This document shows positions 26,615-36,161 of a DNA stretch of 64,000 bases, one piece after another. The notes under the pieces are model-generated. The model was not told where the DNA came from and ran no database searches. It worked only from the letters and a program-made list of their open reading frames with translations. Origin of the DNA: an uncultured virus (IMG/VR IMGVR_UViG_3300020200_000018) (lineage: Duplodnaviria > Heunggongvirae > Uroviricota > Caudoviricetes). The translations under genes and the position numbers were made by a program. Within the stretch, counting starts at the first letter, position 1. Each line of letters opens with the position of its first letter. The stretch lies in the IMG/VR virus record IMGVR_UViG_3300020200_000018, one strand, 5' to 3'.

Positions 26615-28069
26615 TTATATTTTCAAATCTGAAAAATCGCGGTTCCGTTGACGTTTCTCAATCCACGGTAATCCGGCTTCTTCGCCCATCCGTTCTCCAA
26701 AGGAAGACTTATCGAATAAGGGCATATCTTCTTTTTTGGATGGGGTTTCATTAATAATACCATTGGTGGGATCTACGACATCAAAAAGCCGCATCTTAGC
26801 TTTATTAAATCCAACGATAAATCGCTTGTACTTATTCAGGTCGGCATAGCGGTTCTTGAGTTGCTTAACCATAATATGGTTACATGCATCTAGTTCTTCA
26901 GTAGAAATGAGGGCCAACCATAAGTCGGCTGTAGCTGGTCCTCCAATACTTTCTGAGGTTTCAGTAAGTTCTGGATCAGAGTTATTGAATCCTGCCCGGT
27001 TAGTTTGGGTGGCGGTGATAACAGGTACGCCCTTTTCAATCGCAAATCCACGGAATTCTTCTGAGATATGTTTGACAAAGGTATAGGAGTTAACTGTGCT
27101 GCCCATTTTTACCCTGCTAGATGCACAAATATTCATATAGTCAATATAAATGATATCAGGTTTAAAATCTTTCTTGAGGTAGAGTTCGTTGGTGAGGTGA
27201 CGAAAATGCCCAACGTGCGGTGTGGCGGTCGGGTATTCTTTAACGACTAATTTACCATTGGTTTTCTTCTTGAGTTTACTAAACTTCCTATCGTATTCAT
27301 TTTTGCTCAGGGCCAAAAGTTCCTCAATCGTTACATCTAAGAGGTTGGCATCTATGCGTTTAGCAATTTCCTCTTCCCGCATTTCCATCGTAATATAAAG
27401 GACAGACTTACCGAGCATAAGGTTGGCAGCTGCCATGTGGCACATGACAGCCGTTTTACCTACACCAGTACTTGCCATGATAATATTCAATGTTTTCTTA
27501 GATGGCCCGCCTTTGGTGATTTTATTGAGGATGTCAATATCAAATGGTATTTTTTCTTCTGTGCAATGATAATAATTCCACCGCTCGTCTGCATGTTCAA
27601 TGAAGTCATGCCCGATATGGGTGTCAAAAGACACGGACAAGGCTTCTTGGAGGATTCCTGGGATCGCGCCTTTGTCGCGGTTCTTTTTATCTTTGCCGTC
27701 CAAAATACTGATCCCATCCATAATTGCGTTATAGACGGCCCGTTCAGAACAAAATTTTTCTGTTGAATCAATAAGCCATTGGTCGGCTGGTGCTTCGGGT
27801 GGCGTTGTAATAGTGGGTAACAGCGTTTGGATGTTAGCATAGACGCCTTCGGGAATGTCTTTGGCTTGTTCAAATTCGATAGTAAGGGCCGCGGCCGTTG
27901 GGCGGGCTTTATATTTCTCCATGTACGCCGCGGTCCGTTCAAAGATTTTTCGTTCAGATGGATCGCTAAAATATTCTGGCTTAAGGTATGGCAAGACCTT
28001 CCAAGCATACCCATCCGAATAGAGGAGGTGTTGGAGGATTAACCGATCAAGTGATAAGTCTGTGGCCAC
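26615..28069 (-). CDS. 41: Replicative DNA helicase (T4 gp41-like)
   Basis: Walker A ASTGVGKT, YITMEM, KEYPT, IDYMNI, TATQTNR, KQLKNRY. GTG start after GAGG. Confidence 0.95.
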   Translation of the reverse strand: MATDLSLDRLILQHLLYSDGYAWKVLPYLKPEYFSDPSERKIFERTAAYMEKYKARPTAAALTIEFEQAKDIPEGVYANIQTLLPTITTPPEAPADQWLIDSTEKFCSERAVYNAIMDGISILDGKDKKNRDKGAIPGILQEALSVSFDTHIGHDFIEHADERWNYYHCTEEKIPFDIDILNKITKGGPSKKTLNIIMASTGVGKTAVMCHMAAANLMLGKSVLYITMEMREEEIAKRIDANLLDVTIEELLALSKNEYDRKFSKLKKKTNGKLVVKEYPTATPHVGHFRHLTNELYLKKDFKPDIIYIDYMNICASSRVKMGSTVNSYTFVKHISEEFRGFAIEKGVPVITATQTNRAGFNNSDPELTETSESIGGPATADLWLALISTEELDACNHIMVKQLKNRYADLNKYKRFIVGFNKAKMRLFDVVDPTNGIINETPSKKEDMPLFDKSSFGERMGEEAGLPWIEKRQRNRDFSDLKI

Positions 28070-29154
28070 TATTCCTCTACGCTTTCTTGTGTGATACCAC
28101 GGACTTCTTCGCTTTGCCCAAAACAAAATGCCGCTTTAACGACTTCTTCTAATTTATCTAAAACATCTTTAGTAAAAAACCGTTCAGGATCAGCATCAAT
28201 GTCCTTCGTAAATCCTTTTTCACCGTTTGGGAATACGAAGCGGTTGCCTTCTTTTTTAATAAGCCCAGCTGCTTCCCCAAGTTCTTGCAACCCATAGTAC
28301 CTGTCAAGCCCCTTCTGAAATGATAACCTCGTTTTGACACGCACACCTTCTTTTGTGAAACGGGACTTTTTCATTGTGCAGGTAATAATCACTCCGACAA
28401 TATTTTTATCTTTGTCACGATCTTTGGACTTCGACAAGAAAAGGATGGTGCTGGCCGCATACTTTAATCCTGCACCGCCACCCATTTCTTTAGTTGGCAC
28501 GTAAGTACCGATTATATTATAGACATGGTTGGTAACAAGCATCGGCACTTTTAATTTAGCCAATTTGAGGGTAAGGACCCTGAACGTGGCTTTAATAAGT
28601 TGTGCCTTAGTCATATCGCGTGTTTCTTTTCCTTCGCCGGTATCTTCCACTTCTTTAGTAGTTGATAATGCGCCAAGGGAATCTAATGCGAATATCAAGG
28701 GCGGCCTGTCTTCTTCGGGTACTTTCGCATAATTATCGAGGACGCGGACTGCGTGGGTACGGAAGGATTGGATTGTTTCTGGTTCAACAATAATAACACG
28801 TTTTGCGTCAATACCATGTTCAACCATCATCTTTTTCGTTACCGCACCTTCCGTATCGTAATAAAACGCGGCTGCTTGCGGGTGTTGCTCAAGGAAATGT
28901 TTCAATACCGCTAAAAGGTAGAAAGTTTTGCCAGTGGCTTCTTCTCCAGCCAAGGCAGTGACTTTATTGTTTGGTATGCCACCCCAGAGGCTTCCTGAAA
29001 GGGCCGCATTCAGGATATGGGAACCCGTATCTATCCAGCCAGAGAATTCTGCTGAGGATGTGGCTTCATCCGCGATATGGGTGTTAGGATCGTCAAGTTC
29101 ATCCAAGATACTTTGAAAAATGCCAAGACTATCGGTTGTTTTCTTTTTATTCAT
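28069..29154 (-). CDS. uvsX: RecA-like recombinase UvsX
   Basis: DTGS..LNA.LSG, AGEEATGKT, DSLGAL, TRDMTKAQ, VTNHVY, GGGAGLKYAAS. Confidence 0.95.
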   Translation of the reverse strand: MNKKKTTDSLGIFQSILDELDDPNTHIADEATSSAEFSGWIDTGSHILNAALSGSLWGGIPNNKVTALAGEEATGKTFYLLAVLKHFLEQHPQAAAFYYDTEGAVTKKMMVEHGIDAKRVIIVEPETIQSFRTHAVRVLDNYAKVPEEDRPPLIFALDSLGALSTTKEVEDTGEGKETRDMTKAQLIKATFRVLTLKLAKLKVPMLVTNHVYNIIGTYVPTKEMGGGAGLKYAASTILFLSKSKDRDKDKNIVGVIITCTMKKSRFTKEGVRVKTRLSFQKGLDRYYGLQELGEAAGLIKKEGNRFVFPNGEKGFTKDIDADPERFFTKDVLDKLEEVVKAAFCFGQSEEVRGITQESVEE

Positions 29155-29175
29155 ATGTCCTCCAGGTGACATATC

Positions 29176-29204
29176 ATTATACTACTTAAAAGACACTTTG
29201 TCAA
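29176..29204 (-). promoter_or_regulatory. Sigma70-type promoter for uvsX
   Basis: TTGACA-17-TATAAT, perfect consensus. Confidence 0.8.
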
Positions 29205-29205
29205 A

Positions 29206-29246
29206 TAAAAAGCCACGGTAACTGTAGCACTACCGTGGCTTTTTTA
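29206..29246. terminator. Intrinsic (bidirectional-type) terminator
   Basis: AAAAAGCCACGGTA-loop-TACCGTGGCTTTTT. Confidence 0.8.
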
Positions 29247-29259
29247 TCACGTGGCTTGT

Positions 29260-30204
29260 TTAAAACTTGTATGCGGCCCGCAAGAGTTTATAGAGTAGGT
29301 TACGTGTGGCCGTCCGGTTGACCTCTGTAGGCAACGCAGTGACCTTTGCAAGGGCCTCGACCTCTTCTATGAGGGTTTCTAAGCGTGGCGATACTTCATT
29401 GGTGAAATGAAGATTTCCGGTTTTCAGTTCGCGTAGGTATGCCGTTTCGGCTAACGGATAGGTGAACCCACCATTTCGCAGGATTGCACGGATTTGATAT
29501 GCTATCCGGAACGCGTGGCTAACTGCTTTCCAATCCACACCCTGGTTTAATTCAGCTAACCTGGCCCTGCTACCATATTCCTCAATGAACCGTTCTAATA
29601 CTGGCAGGTATTCACGTACAAACGCTCTAGGATTTAATAATTTGCCACAAACTTGGTAGTATTCAACGTCATCATCTTCGCGGACCCATTGGCAATGTTC
29701 GTTTATCGGAAGGATATCCCGTTTGGAATTGACACGGGAATTCCTATCCACGCTTTTGAAAGCGTTAAGCACTGCTTTAGCAGCCGAGAGCCGGGAACCT
29801 TTGATACCATACTTGGCTGCCTGGGCCCTGGCATACCGGATTGAGGCTGCTATATTCTTAGAATAAAACATGGACCGCTGGGCCACAAGGACTTCCCAGA
29901 TATCCGACGTAGCCAAAATAGCTTGGGCAGGTGCGTGGAGCATGTCTATTGCTACGGTTTGCCCTTCCTCTGCCAGCGCGAAAAAATATTGGAGGGAATA
30001 CATTTCCATGTCCCTATCATTAGCTGTATTCTTAGTATGTTCGGCTAACTTTGTGTTATCATGCGCCGTCGCCTTGACTGTGCAGCAAAGCACGTCCTTT
30101 ACTGACGGTAGGAATATGCCCTTATAATCCCTATCGGAGTTTGGCCCGGCCAACCCATAGAGGTGCGAGCCAAAGACCATTTCTACAATTTTATTCATTA
30201 TCAA
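29260..30204 (-). CDS. Nucleotidyltransferase, T4 NrdC.11-like (Pol-beta superfamily)
   Basis: FGSHLYGL..PNSDRDYKGIF, AAKYGIKGSRL, VDWKAVSHA. Confidence 0.85.
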   Translation of the reverse strand: MIMNKIVEMVFGSHLYGLAGPNSDRDYKGIFLPSVKDVLCCTVKATAHDNTKLAEHTKNTANDRDMEMYSLQYFFALAEEGQTVAIDMLHAPAQAILATSDIWEVLVAQRSMFYSKNIAASIRYARAQAAKYGIKGSRLSAAKAVLNAFKSVDRNSRVNSKRDILPINEHCQWVREDDDVEYYQVCGKLLNPRAFVREYLPVLERFIEEYGSRARLAELNQGVDWKAVSHAFRIAYQIRAILRNGGFTYPLAETAYLRELKTGNLHFTNEVSPRLETLIEEVEALAKVTALPTEVNRTATRNLLYKLLRAAYKF

Positions 30205-30210
30205 ACCTTC

Positions 30211-30633
30211 TTAATAGTTTCCTTCTGCAACCTGAAAGCAGATTAAGCCAATGCGGCGCCACATTGCCACCACGGAAATACGGTCATCCAAAACAAACGT
30301 CACCCTATATTCTGGCTCCACGGCAAACCGGTAAAGAAATTCTTTAACAATATCATCCTTTCTCCTATCACGTTCTGGCCGCATTATCAAATCCGTGTAT
30401 GGTACACCATGCCAAAACAAGAATTGCTCTGTTTGGCGTCGGAATTTATTGCTACGCCCAGTTATACAGATAATTGCGTGGTCGGTTGCAAAGCGGCGGA
30501 CAACCTCACGGACCGGAACAGATACATCGTCCTCTTGGCAATAGGAATGATCGTAAGGGTCTCGGCTGGGAGCACGAATAGAAAGGGTGCCATCCAAGTC
30601 CACAATAATGGCAGGTTTTTTTATAATCCCCAT
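30211..30633 (-). CDS. HAD phosphatase, PseT/Pnkp 3'-phosphatase-like domain only
   Basis: VDLDGTL, ITGR, MRP..DRRKD..VK, LDDR..V..MWRRIG..CFQVAEGNY. Confidence 0.85.
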   Translation of the reverse strand: MGIIKKPAIIVDLDGTLSIRAPSRDPYDHSYCQEDDVSVPVREVVRRFATDHAIICITGRSNKFRRQTEQFLFWHGVPYTDLIMRPERDRRKDDIVKEFLYRFAVEPEYRVTFVLDDRISVVAMWRRIGLICFQVAEGNY

Positions 30634-31088
30634 TCACTTGTTGAAAATTTATGTAGTTGAGCAACCATTTTTGGTTCGACTTGGAATGCAAATTTTACGG
30701 CTGGTTGATCAATGGGTATAAGGATCATATTGCGGTTGTCCCGTGTCGTATAAAATTTGGTGGTAAATGTTTTTGGATCAATTTCATAACACTTGCCGCT
30801 CCGGCTGCGGTCCCTTGAATTAAGGGCTATCATAAACAACCGTCCAACATTGCGGCATTTCCATAATTGGTTTTGTGCGAATGAAAAGGCTCGTTGGGTG
30901 TGAAATTCCTCCATAGTCTTGACCTCAACTGATACACCATTAGCCAGCATATCTTTTTCTGAATCGAATTGGTTATCAGAATATACCACTTCGGCACCTT
31001 CAGCAATCTTGAGGTACCTCCCAACGATCATTTCTCCGAGGCGGCCTTGTGCAACCTTTTTCTCGTTTGATGAATAATAGGTTTCCAT
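30621..31088 (-). CDS. Putative PD-(D/E)xK nuclease-like protein
   Basis: GE..V...KD......VEVKT pattern. Confidence 0.5.
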   Translation of the reverse strand: METYYSSNEKKVAQGRLGEMIVGRYLKIAEGAEVVYSDNQFDSEKDMLANGVSVEVKTMEEFHTQRAFSFAQNQLWKCRNVGRLFMIALNSRDRSRSGKCYEIDPKTFTTKFYTTRDNRNMILIPIDQPAVKFAFQVEPKMVAQLHKFSTSEWGL

Positions 31089-32072
31089 TTAAAAGAAGGA
31101 CTCCAACGTTTGGTTCGGTTCTGGATGCCACCCAATGACTTTAAGTATAGCATTGAGTGGTTCTATAAAGGCTTTGTCAAATTGCATGGAATAGTCAATA
31201 TAGGGCCGTAAGCCAAATTCTTCTGGCAAAAATGCAATAGCTGAAATGACATGGGACATGATGGGATTGGGCTCTTTAAGGTAACAGAATTTGATCTTTT
31301 CTCCATTACGGATTTCTTCGTATTTCTTTTCCAGCTTTAATTCTTTCCGTAAACGGTTATAAATGACTGCGCCTTTTGTGTGTATCGGCACACCTTTTTC
31401 TAAATTAAGATATTTTGTAACTTGGTTCACTGCCCGTGGAAATGCGATGTCCTCAAATGGTAGGGACTGAAATTCTTGACGGTACTTTTTAATGAATTCT
31501 TGTAAATCCCTTTCAGTGCCTGACATAATGACACCAATTGCGTCTTTAATAGCTTTACGGCAAGAAGATGGAGTAGAAGATTTTACAGCTTCGATACCCA
31601 TGATTTTGATTTTTGGGGTATCGTACCGGATACCTTCATTGTCAAATACATTGAGCATGTACCGTTTCTTAGCTGTCCAAATACCACGGTTCGCAATAGC
31701 TTCGCGTTTCATCACCAATGTGCCTTGTTGGGCACCAAGCATCTGAGAGAGCCGGTTAAAGATTTCATCAAAAGCTGGAATAATTTTCTTCTCTGCGATT
31801 TTATCAAGTTTTTCTACTAGCTGTTCTTGCGTCAATGCTGGATTTACTGCTAAAAGTTTTTCCGCAGCACCAGCAAATTTAAGGTAGAGGGAATCCGTAT
31901 CAGACGCAATAACGTAATCTTTGCCGTTTGTATCAAGGAGGGCATTCATTACTTTATTGATTTCTTGTTCAGCAAAACGGATAACCAATTGGCCACCAAA
32001 AGTAATTGCTGTTGCCTGGCGGATATCAAAGTGCCGAAAATGCTCGTTACCTAACCGAGCGCTCCGTAACAC
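31089..32072 (-). CDS. 43: DNA polymerase gp43, C-terminal part (palm motif C and thumb)
   Basis: GNEHFRHFD..ATAITFGGQ, ASDTDSLY, KKRY, GIEAVKSSTP, C-terminal clamp-binding TLESFF. Confidence 0.92.
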   Translation of the reverse strand: MLRSARLGNEHFRHFDIRQATAITFGGQLVIRFAEQEINKVMNALLDTNGKDYVIASDTDSLYLKFAGAAEKLLAVNPALTQEQLVEKLDKIAEKKIIPAFDEIFNRLSQMLGAQQGTLVMKREAIANRGIWTAKKRYMLNVFDNEGIRYDTPKIKIMGIEAVKSSTPSSCRKAIKDAIGVIMSGTERDLQEFIKKYRQEFQSLPFEDIAFPRAVNQVTKYLNLEKGVPIHTKGAVIYNRLRKELKLEKKYEEIRNGEKIKFCYLKEPNPIMSHVISAIAFLPEEFGLRPYIDYSMQFDKAFIEPLNAILKVIGWHPEPNQTLESFF

Positions 32073-33685
32073 GAATTAAGCTGGAGTTTCTTAGCCAATT
32101 GCAGGTTTTTGTATTTGGCTATCTCCTGCTCTTTCATATTACGGAAGCGCTCAAGTTCCTTCAAAGCTGTCAAACTTACGGTTGTTAAATCTTTTTGCCT
32201 ATCTCTTGACTTCTGCTTATCTATTTCTTTTTCAATAGCAATAAGGTCTTTTTGCGCGGCTTGCATAGCGTTCTTGTATTCAACCCGTTTCCCATAAAAC
32301 TTTTCCATCATTTCTGGTAAAAACCCGCGCACATCTGTCCTGAAGACCCAACCATTCGCACCTAGTGCGGTGTGGGATTTTGCAAAGGCAGGCACTTTGC
32401 CAGCCAATAACTTATCAATCGTAACATCTTGGTGGCATTGGTTCAGAATTGTTTCCGGTGAAATATTGAACATTCTGATAAGGTTTGGATACATGGAATT
32501 TAAATCGAACGACAATACCCAATCATGCGATCCGATCTGTGGATCTTTTACATACGCGCCTGCATACGCTTCGTTTTTATGCCCACCACTATTGACGGGA
32601 ACAGCAATCTGCCGCTCCCACAAATAATTATGGATAAGGACATCCCACAAACGGACTTGCGTCATTACATCGGTATAGTTGACTTTGGCATCATACGCCA
32701 TTGCTAACGCCAGGTCGATCAATTTCATTTTTTCATCTAGTTTTTGGACCAGTAGCACATCCTGGATATTGTATTCTACAAACCGTTGGTGGTCACGCTC
32801 ATACATGGCTTGAAGTGTTGAGTAATCAGTGTAAGACAGTTTGCTTGTACCCAATTCAACATTGGCAATGTGGCCAAGCCTGTACGATTCTTGTTGGTTG
32901 TAAGTAAACTTGCGGTATAGGGCCAAGTAGTCAAGGATACTGACACCGCCAATATCAATGCACGTTCCCTCTTTACCGAAGTTATCATAACCTATCCGTT
33001 CTGAAACCAATCCCCAGGGTGATAACCTATTGGCATATTTCACGCCCAACTCAGATTTAATCCGGCTATAGAGGTAGGGAAGATCAAATCTGTCAACACT
33101 CCATCCACTTACAATATCGGGATGGACGTTAACCCAATAATCGAGTAGGCGTGTAAGGAGTTCACGTTCATTCTGGCATTGGTGGAATTCAACATTAAGT
33201 CCTTCTACTTCCTTATGTTTCGTTGCATCGTATGGACCCAGTGCGAGGACAAAAATACCATTAGCATCCTGGCAGGTGGCAGCTGTGATTTGTTTGTTGG
33301 CCAATTTCATGTTTGGGAAGCCTTCGTCCATATCCATTTCAAGGTCTATAAAGACAATCCGTAAAAGGTTGCGGTCAAATTCAACAATGCCGTTATAGGT
33401 TTCATTGAGGAATGCATAAACAAAGCGCGGTAATCCATAAATCCGCATACCTTCAACGCCGTCGTATTTTTTGATAAAATCTTTGGCGGAATAAATGTTT
33501 GCTTGCCGCATCGCGGTCAAAAGCTGGCCACTTGGTGTGCGCCAGGGCCCTGGCTCTTCGCCGTTAGGAAAGAATAGGAGGGGGCGGTAGGGAACTTTCT
33601 CAGCAAACCGTTTGCCGTTGCGGATGCCGCGGATGAATACTTCATTGCCTTTGGTAAAGGCATTAGTATAGAAATTCAAAGCCAT
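32051..33685 (-). CDS. 43: DNA polymerase gp43, N-terminal part (exonuclease, motif A, fingers, motif B)
   Basis: DLEMD, FDLPY, YNIQD, SFDLNSMYP, ends KKLQLNSCYGALG-TAG. Confidence 0.92.
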   Translation of the reverse strand: MALNFYTNAFTKGNEVFIRGIRNGKRFAEKVPYRPLLFFPNGEEPGPWRTPSGQLLTAMRQANIYSAKDFIKKYDGVEGMRIYGLPRFVYAFLNETYNGIVEFDRNLLRIVFIDLEMDMDEGFPNMKLANKQITAATCQDANGIFVLALGPYDATKHKEVEGLNVEFHQCQNERELLTRLLDYWVNVHPDIVSGWSVDRFDLPYLYSRIKSELGVKYANRLSPWGLVSERIGYDNFGKEGTCIDIGGVSILDYLALYRKFTYNQQESYRLGHIANVELGTSKLSYTDYSTLQAMYERDHQRFVEYNIQDVLLVQKLDEKMKLIDLALAMAYDAKVNYTDVMTQVRLWDVLIHNYLWERQIAVPVNSGGHKNEAYAGAYVKDPQIGSHDWVLSFDLNSMYPNLIRMFNISPETILNQCHQDVTIDKLLAGKVPAFAKSHTALGANGWVFRTDVRGFLPEMMEKFYGKRVEYKNAMQAAQKDLIAIEKEIDKQKSRDRQKDLTTVSLTALKELERFRNMKEQEIAKYKNLQLAKKLQLNSCYGALG

Positions 33686-33690
33686 ACTCT

Positions 33691-33719
33691 ATGATAGCAA
33701 AACTGGAAGAATCAGTCAA
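33691..33719 (-). promoter_or_regulatory. Sigma70-type promoter directly before gp43
   Basis: TTGACT-17-TATCAT, ending 5 nt before the ATG. Confidence 0.6.
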
Positions 33720-34114
33720 TCAACTAATTTAGGCTTAAACCCTTTGGGTATCTGATGATTTGTATGTAATGCCTGCTCAGGGATAACAATGCCAGATCCA
33801 AATGTCGTATTATAGCTATTGAACATTTCCTTTGCAGGAGAAGAGAAAAACAGTACATGGTTCAAAGCAAAGGTGACTTCTTTACCACCTGGCGTATCTT
33901 CACTAAATGGTAAGAAGTCTGATAAGTGGACAATGCCTTTTCCTGTTTGTTGGTCCATACCCATAAGAATAGCGGCAGGTTTCTTAATTGTGATTGTTGA
34001 AGAATTAGATCCAAGGGATACTTTTCCAATCACCATCGCACCAGTAATAAGTTGAAGCAGCACAACCTCATTGGAAAAAATCGTGCTTGTTGGTTCTTTA
34101 ACTACGGCTGTCAT
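33716..34114 (-). CDS. Sm-like fold hypothetical protein
   Basis: VVLLQLITG..VIG...YN..FGSGIV pattern. Sits between regA and gp43 as in T4-like myoviruses. Confidence 0.6.
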   Translation of the reverse strand: MTAVVKEPTSTIFSNEVVLLQLITGAMVIGKVSLGSNSSTITIKKPAAILMGMDQQTGKGIVHLSDFLPFSEDTPGGKEVTFALNHVLFFSSPAKEMFNSYNTTFGSGIVIPEQALHTNHQIPKGFKPKLVD

Positions 34115-34547
34115 TAACTAACTCCTTACTCCTATATGGTTTTGTTTTCTTCTTACCAATGTGATACTTTGGTTCGAGCATCCACTCTGTCTTTTCGTGG
34201 AATGGGATGATTTTAATTTCGCTCAAACTTGCTGCATCCCAGTTTTGGTAATTTGTATCAACTGGCCGTACCAATTTCCACTCAGCCAGTAATTTTATGA
34301 CAGTATTACGTTGGCGCCTGTCATTATCATTAAAGGTACTTTCAGCTCCGTCAAGGGCAAAGAGTTCTTTATAATGGGTAATAAAATACCGTCCTTGCTT
34401 ATGTAAGATATGGCAAAGCTGGGTGAGGACATCATTATCAGCATTTGGATGGCCGATCCGTGTGAGGGTTTCGCGGATAATAAGAAAGGCATCTGGTTTT
34501 GGTAGAAGCACTTCGGCCATAGTGTTTATGATTGTTTTACTCTCCAT
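34098..34547 (-). CDS. regA: Translational repressor RegA
   Basis: FLIIRETLTRIG, CHILHKQGRYFITHYKELFALDG. Confidence 0.95.
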   Translation of the reverse strand: MESKTIINTMAEVLLPKPDAFLIIRETLTRIGHPNADNDVLTQLCHILHKQGRYFITHYKELFALDGAESTFNDNDRRQRNTVIKLLAEWKLVRPVDTNYQNWDAASLSEIKIIPFHEKTEWMLEPKYHIGKKKTKPYRSKELVNDSRS

Positions 34548-34947
34548 CTTCTTTTCCACCTTTCGTCATAAGGGTATTAATTTGTGCCAATTGAGATTGT
34601 GTTAAAATGCGGCAAGCCTCAAGGGCTCGTTTGTATCCAAACCCAAATGCTTCTTGTACTAATTCAATATTTGCATTAGTTTGTTTTTCGCCCCATTTTC
34701 GTTTTGGGCGGCGCCGCGGTCGAACAGAATAGAAGTAATAATCATATTGTAGGCGGGTTGGTAATGCCGCCCGCATATTCATATCTTGGGCTTCTTCGAT
34801 AGTGTCAGGATGGAATGAGAAGGTTTTATTAATGAGGAATGGCAGATAATCTTTTTCTGCTAACTGGTCGTTTTCTGTACCACACATGGAGTGGATTTTA
34901 GTTGTACCAGCCGATTCTACATAACTAAATGGATTTATTGCAGCCAT
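34537..34947 (-). CDS. 62: Clamp loader small subunit gp62
   Basis: YLPFLINK..S...DT...MN, QYDY, ends KGG. Synteny before regA. Confidence 0.88.
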   Translation of the reverse strand: MAAINPFSYVESAGTTKIHSMCGTENDQLAEKDYLPFLINKTFSFHPDTIEEAQDMNMRAALPTRLQYDYYFYSVRPRRRPKRKWGEKQTNANIELVQEAFGFGYKRALEACRILTQSQLAQINTLMTKGGKEDGE

Positions 34948-34951
34948 AAAA

Positions 34952-35545
34952 CTATTTCTTGACTAATTTATCAATGATGATTGCGGTTGTAATGTATGAT
35001 GTTGGCACGTTCATAAAAGCTGATTCGTGGGCATCATAATATACCAATAATGGAAACGGCACTAATTGATTTAATGCCTTGATAATGTGTTGATATTGGC
35101 GCCATGGTGTGTCGTGTGGCAAAATACCTGTTTTAACTTGTTCTGGTGTGAGGTTGCCAAATGCTTCAATAGGTATGACAATAATAATTTTTTGGTTAGC
35201 TTCTTTAGCGGCTTGAAACTGTTCCTCACAATCATCCGCATCTATTTGTAAAATTGTTACATCAGAAAATTCATGGTACCGGTTTATGGCTTCTTCTACA
35301 TCATTGAATGCTTGGTAATCTGTACCTTGAAACAACATAAAAAGGACCGGCTCGTGGATTAATTGGCGCCAAGCTTCAAGCCGGATTAGTGTTTCACGAA
35401 CCTCTCCAGTTATAACAGAAGGTAATGCTGGTATACAAAGCGTTCCTGGGTGGGTTGTCCATTCCACTAACAAATCTTTAAGGATTGCCGATTCAAAGGG
35501 ATCTAAATCGAGGTTATATTTATTTGTTTTTTCCGGTAACATCAT
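34952..35545 (-). CDS. Hypothetical protein
   Basis: 197-aa ORF between gp44 and gp62. Confidence 0.6.
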   Translation of the reverse strand: MMLPEKTNKYNLDLDPFESAILKDLLVEWTTHPGTLCIPALPSVITGEVRETLIRLEAWRQLIHEPVLFMLFQGTDYQAFNDVEEAINRYHEFSDVTILQIDADDCEEQFQAAKEANQKIIIVIPIEAFGNLTPEQVKTGILPHDTPWRQYQHIIKALNQLVPFPLLVYYDAHESAFMNVPTSYITTAIIIDKLVKK

Positions 35546-35906
35546 TTTGAAATCCTACTTGTTTAAGCCGCGAATCATTAGGGTCAATAGCGGTTGCAAG
35601 TTCTTTGAAGTCCTGGAGGGTGAGGTCACCCTCTTTGCTATAACGGTTACACCATTCAATAGTTTCTGGCATCGACACAAGCCTCTCGTGGTAAGCACAA
35701 AAAACATTATATCCGCTGGAATGTTGGTCTTTATAAATCCATGATCGTTGGCACGAAAAACATAGACCTTCTGGTTGATTGAAAATTTTAATCTTCTGGT
35801 CGTTTACTCCCAGTCGGTAAGCTTTGCTTTCATCTGCGACACTTAAAAATGGCTTTTTACGTTCAACGATATCGTCAAACATAGTCCTCCTCTTGGTTAT
35901 TAACAC
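35520..35906 (-). CDS. Hypothetical Cys-containing protein
   Basis: CFSC...C...C pattern. Probable start near 35882. Confidence 0.55.
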   Translation of the reverse strand: MLITKRRTMFDDIVERKKPFLSVADESKAYRLGVNDQKIKIFNQPEGLCFSCQRSWIYKDQHSSGYNVFCAYHERLVSMPETIEWCNRYSKEGDLTLQDFKELATAIDPNDSRLKQVGFQNDVTGKNK

Positions 35907-36153
35907 TAGCTTCGAGAAGGCTGTTAAGATTATTTAGTTTATCGGCATTTAATAATTTCAGTTCTTCTTTTTCCAATAACTCTGCCTCATCTATGGCTAA
36001 TTCTGCATCATGTAACCAATTGACTTTTTCTTTATGGCGGGATACTTTTTTATCCATTGGACCTGCATGCCGGTTATAGGTCTCAAGTGCAAAGAGATCG
36101 CGGTATTTTTGTGCGGCTGCGCGGCCGCGGTGGCGGGGATTGCTCATAATCAT
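35875..36153 (-). CDS. Hypothetical protein
   Basis: 92-aa ORF immediately after gp44. Confidence 0.5.
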   Translation of the reverse strand: MIMSNPRHRGRAAAQKYRDLFALETYNRHAGPMDKKVSRHKEKVNWLHDAELAIDEAELLEKEELKLLNADKLNNLNSLLEASVNNQEEDYV

Positions 36154-36161
36154 TTATTTCT

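Noticed and set aside
32051..32053. TAG stop-codon reassignment explaining the gp43 break
   Set aside because: The downstream polymerase sequence is in a different frame, so readthrough would not restore it. Many other genes here end normally at TAG.
32040..32075. Intron or intein in gp43
   Set aside because: Only 5 extra nucleotides separate the two conserved halves, leaving no room for a self-splicing element.
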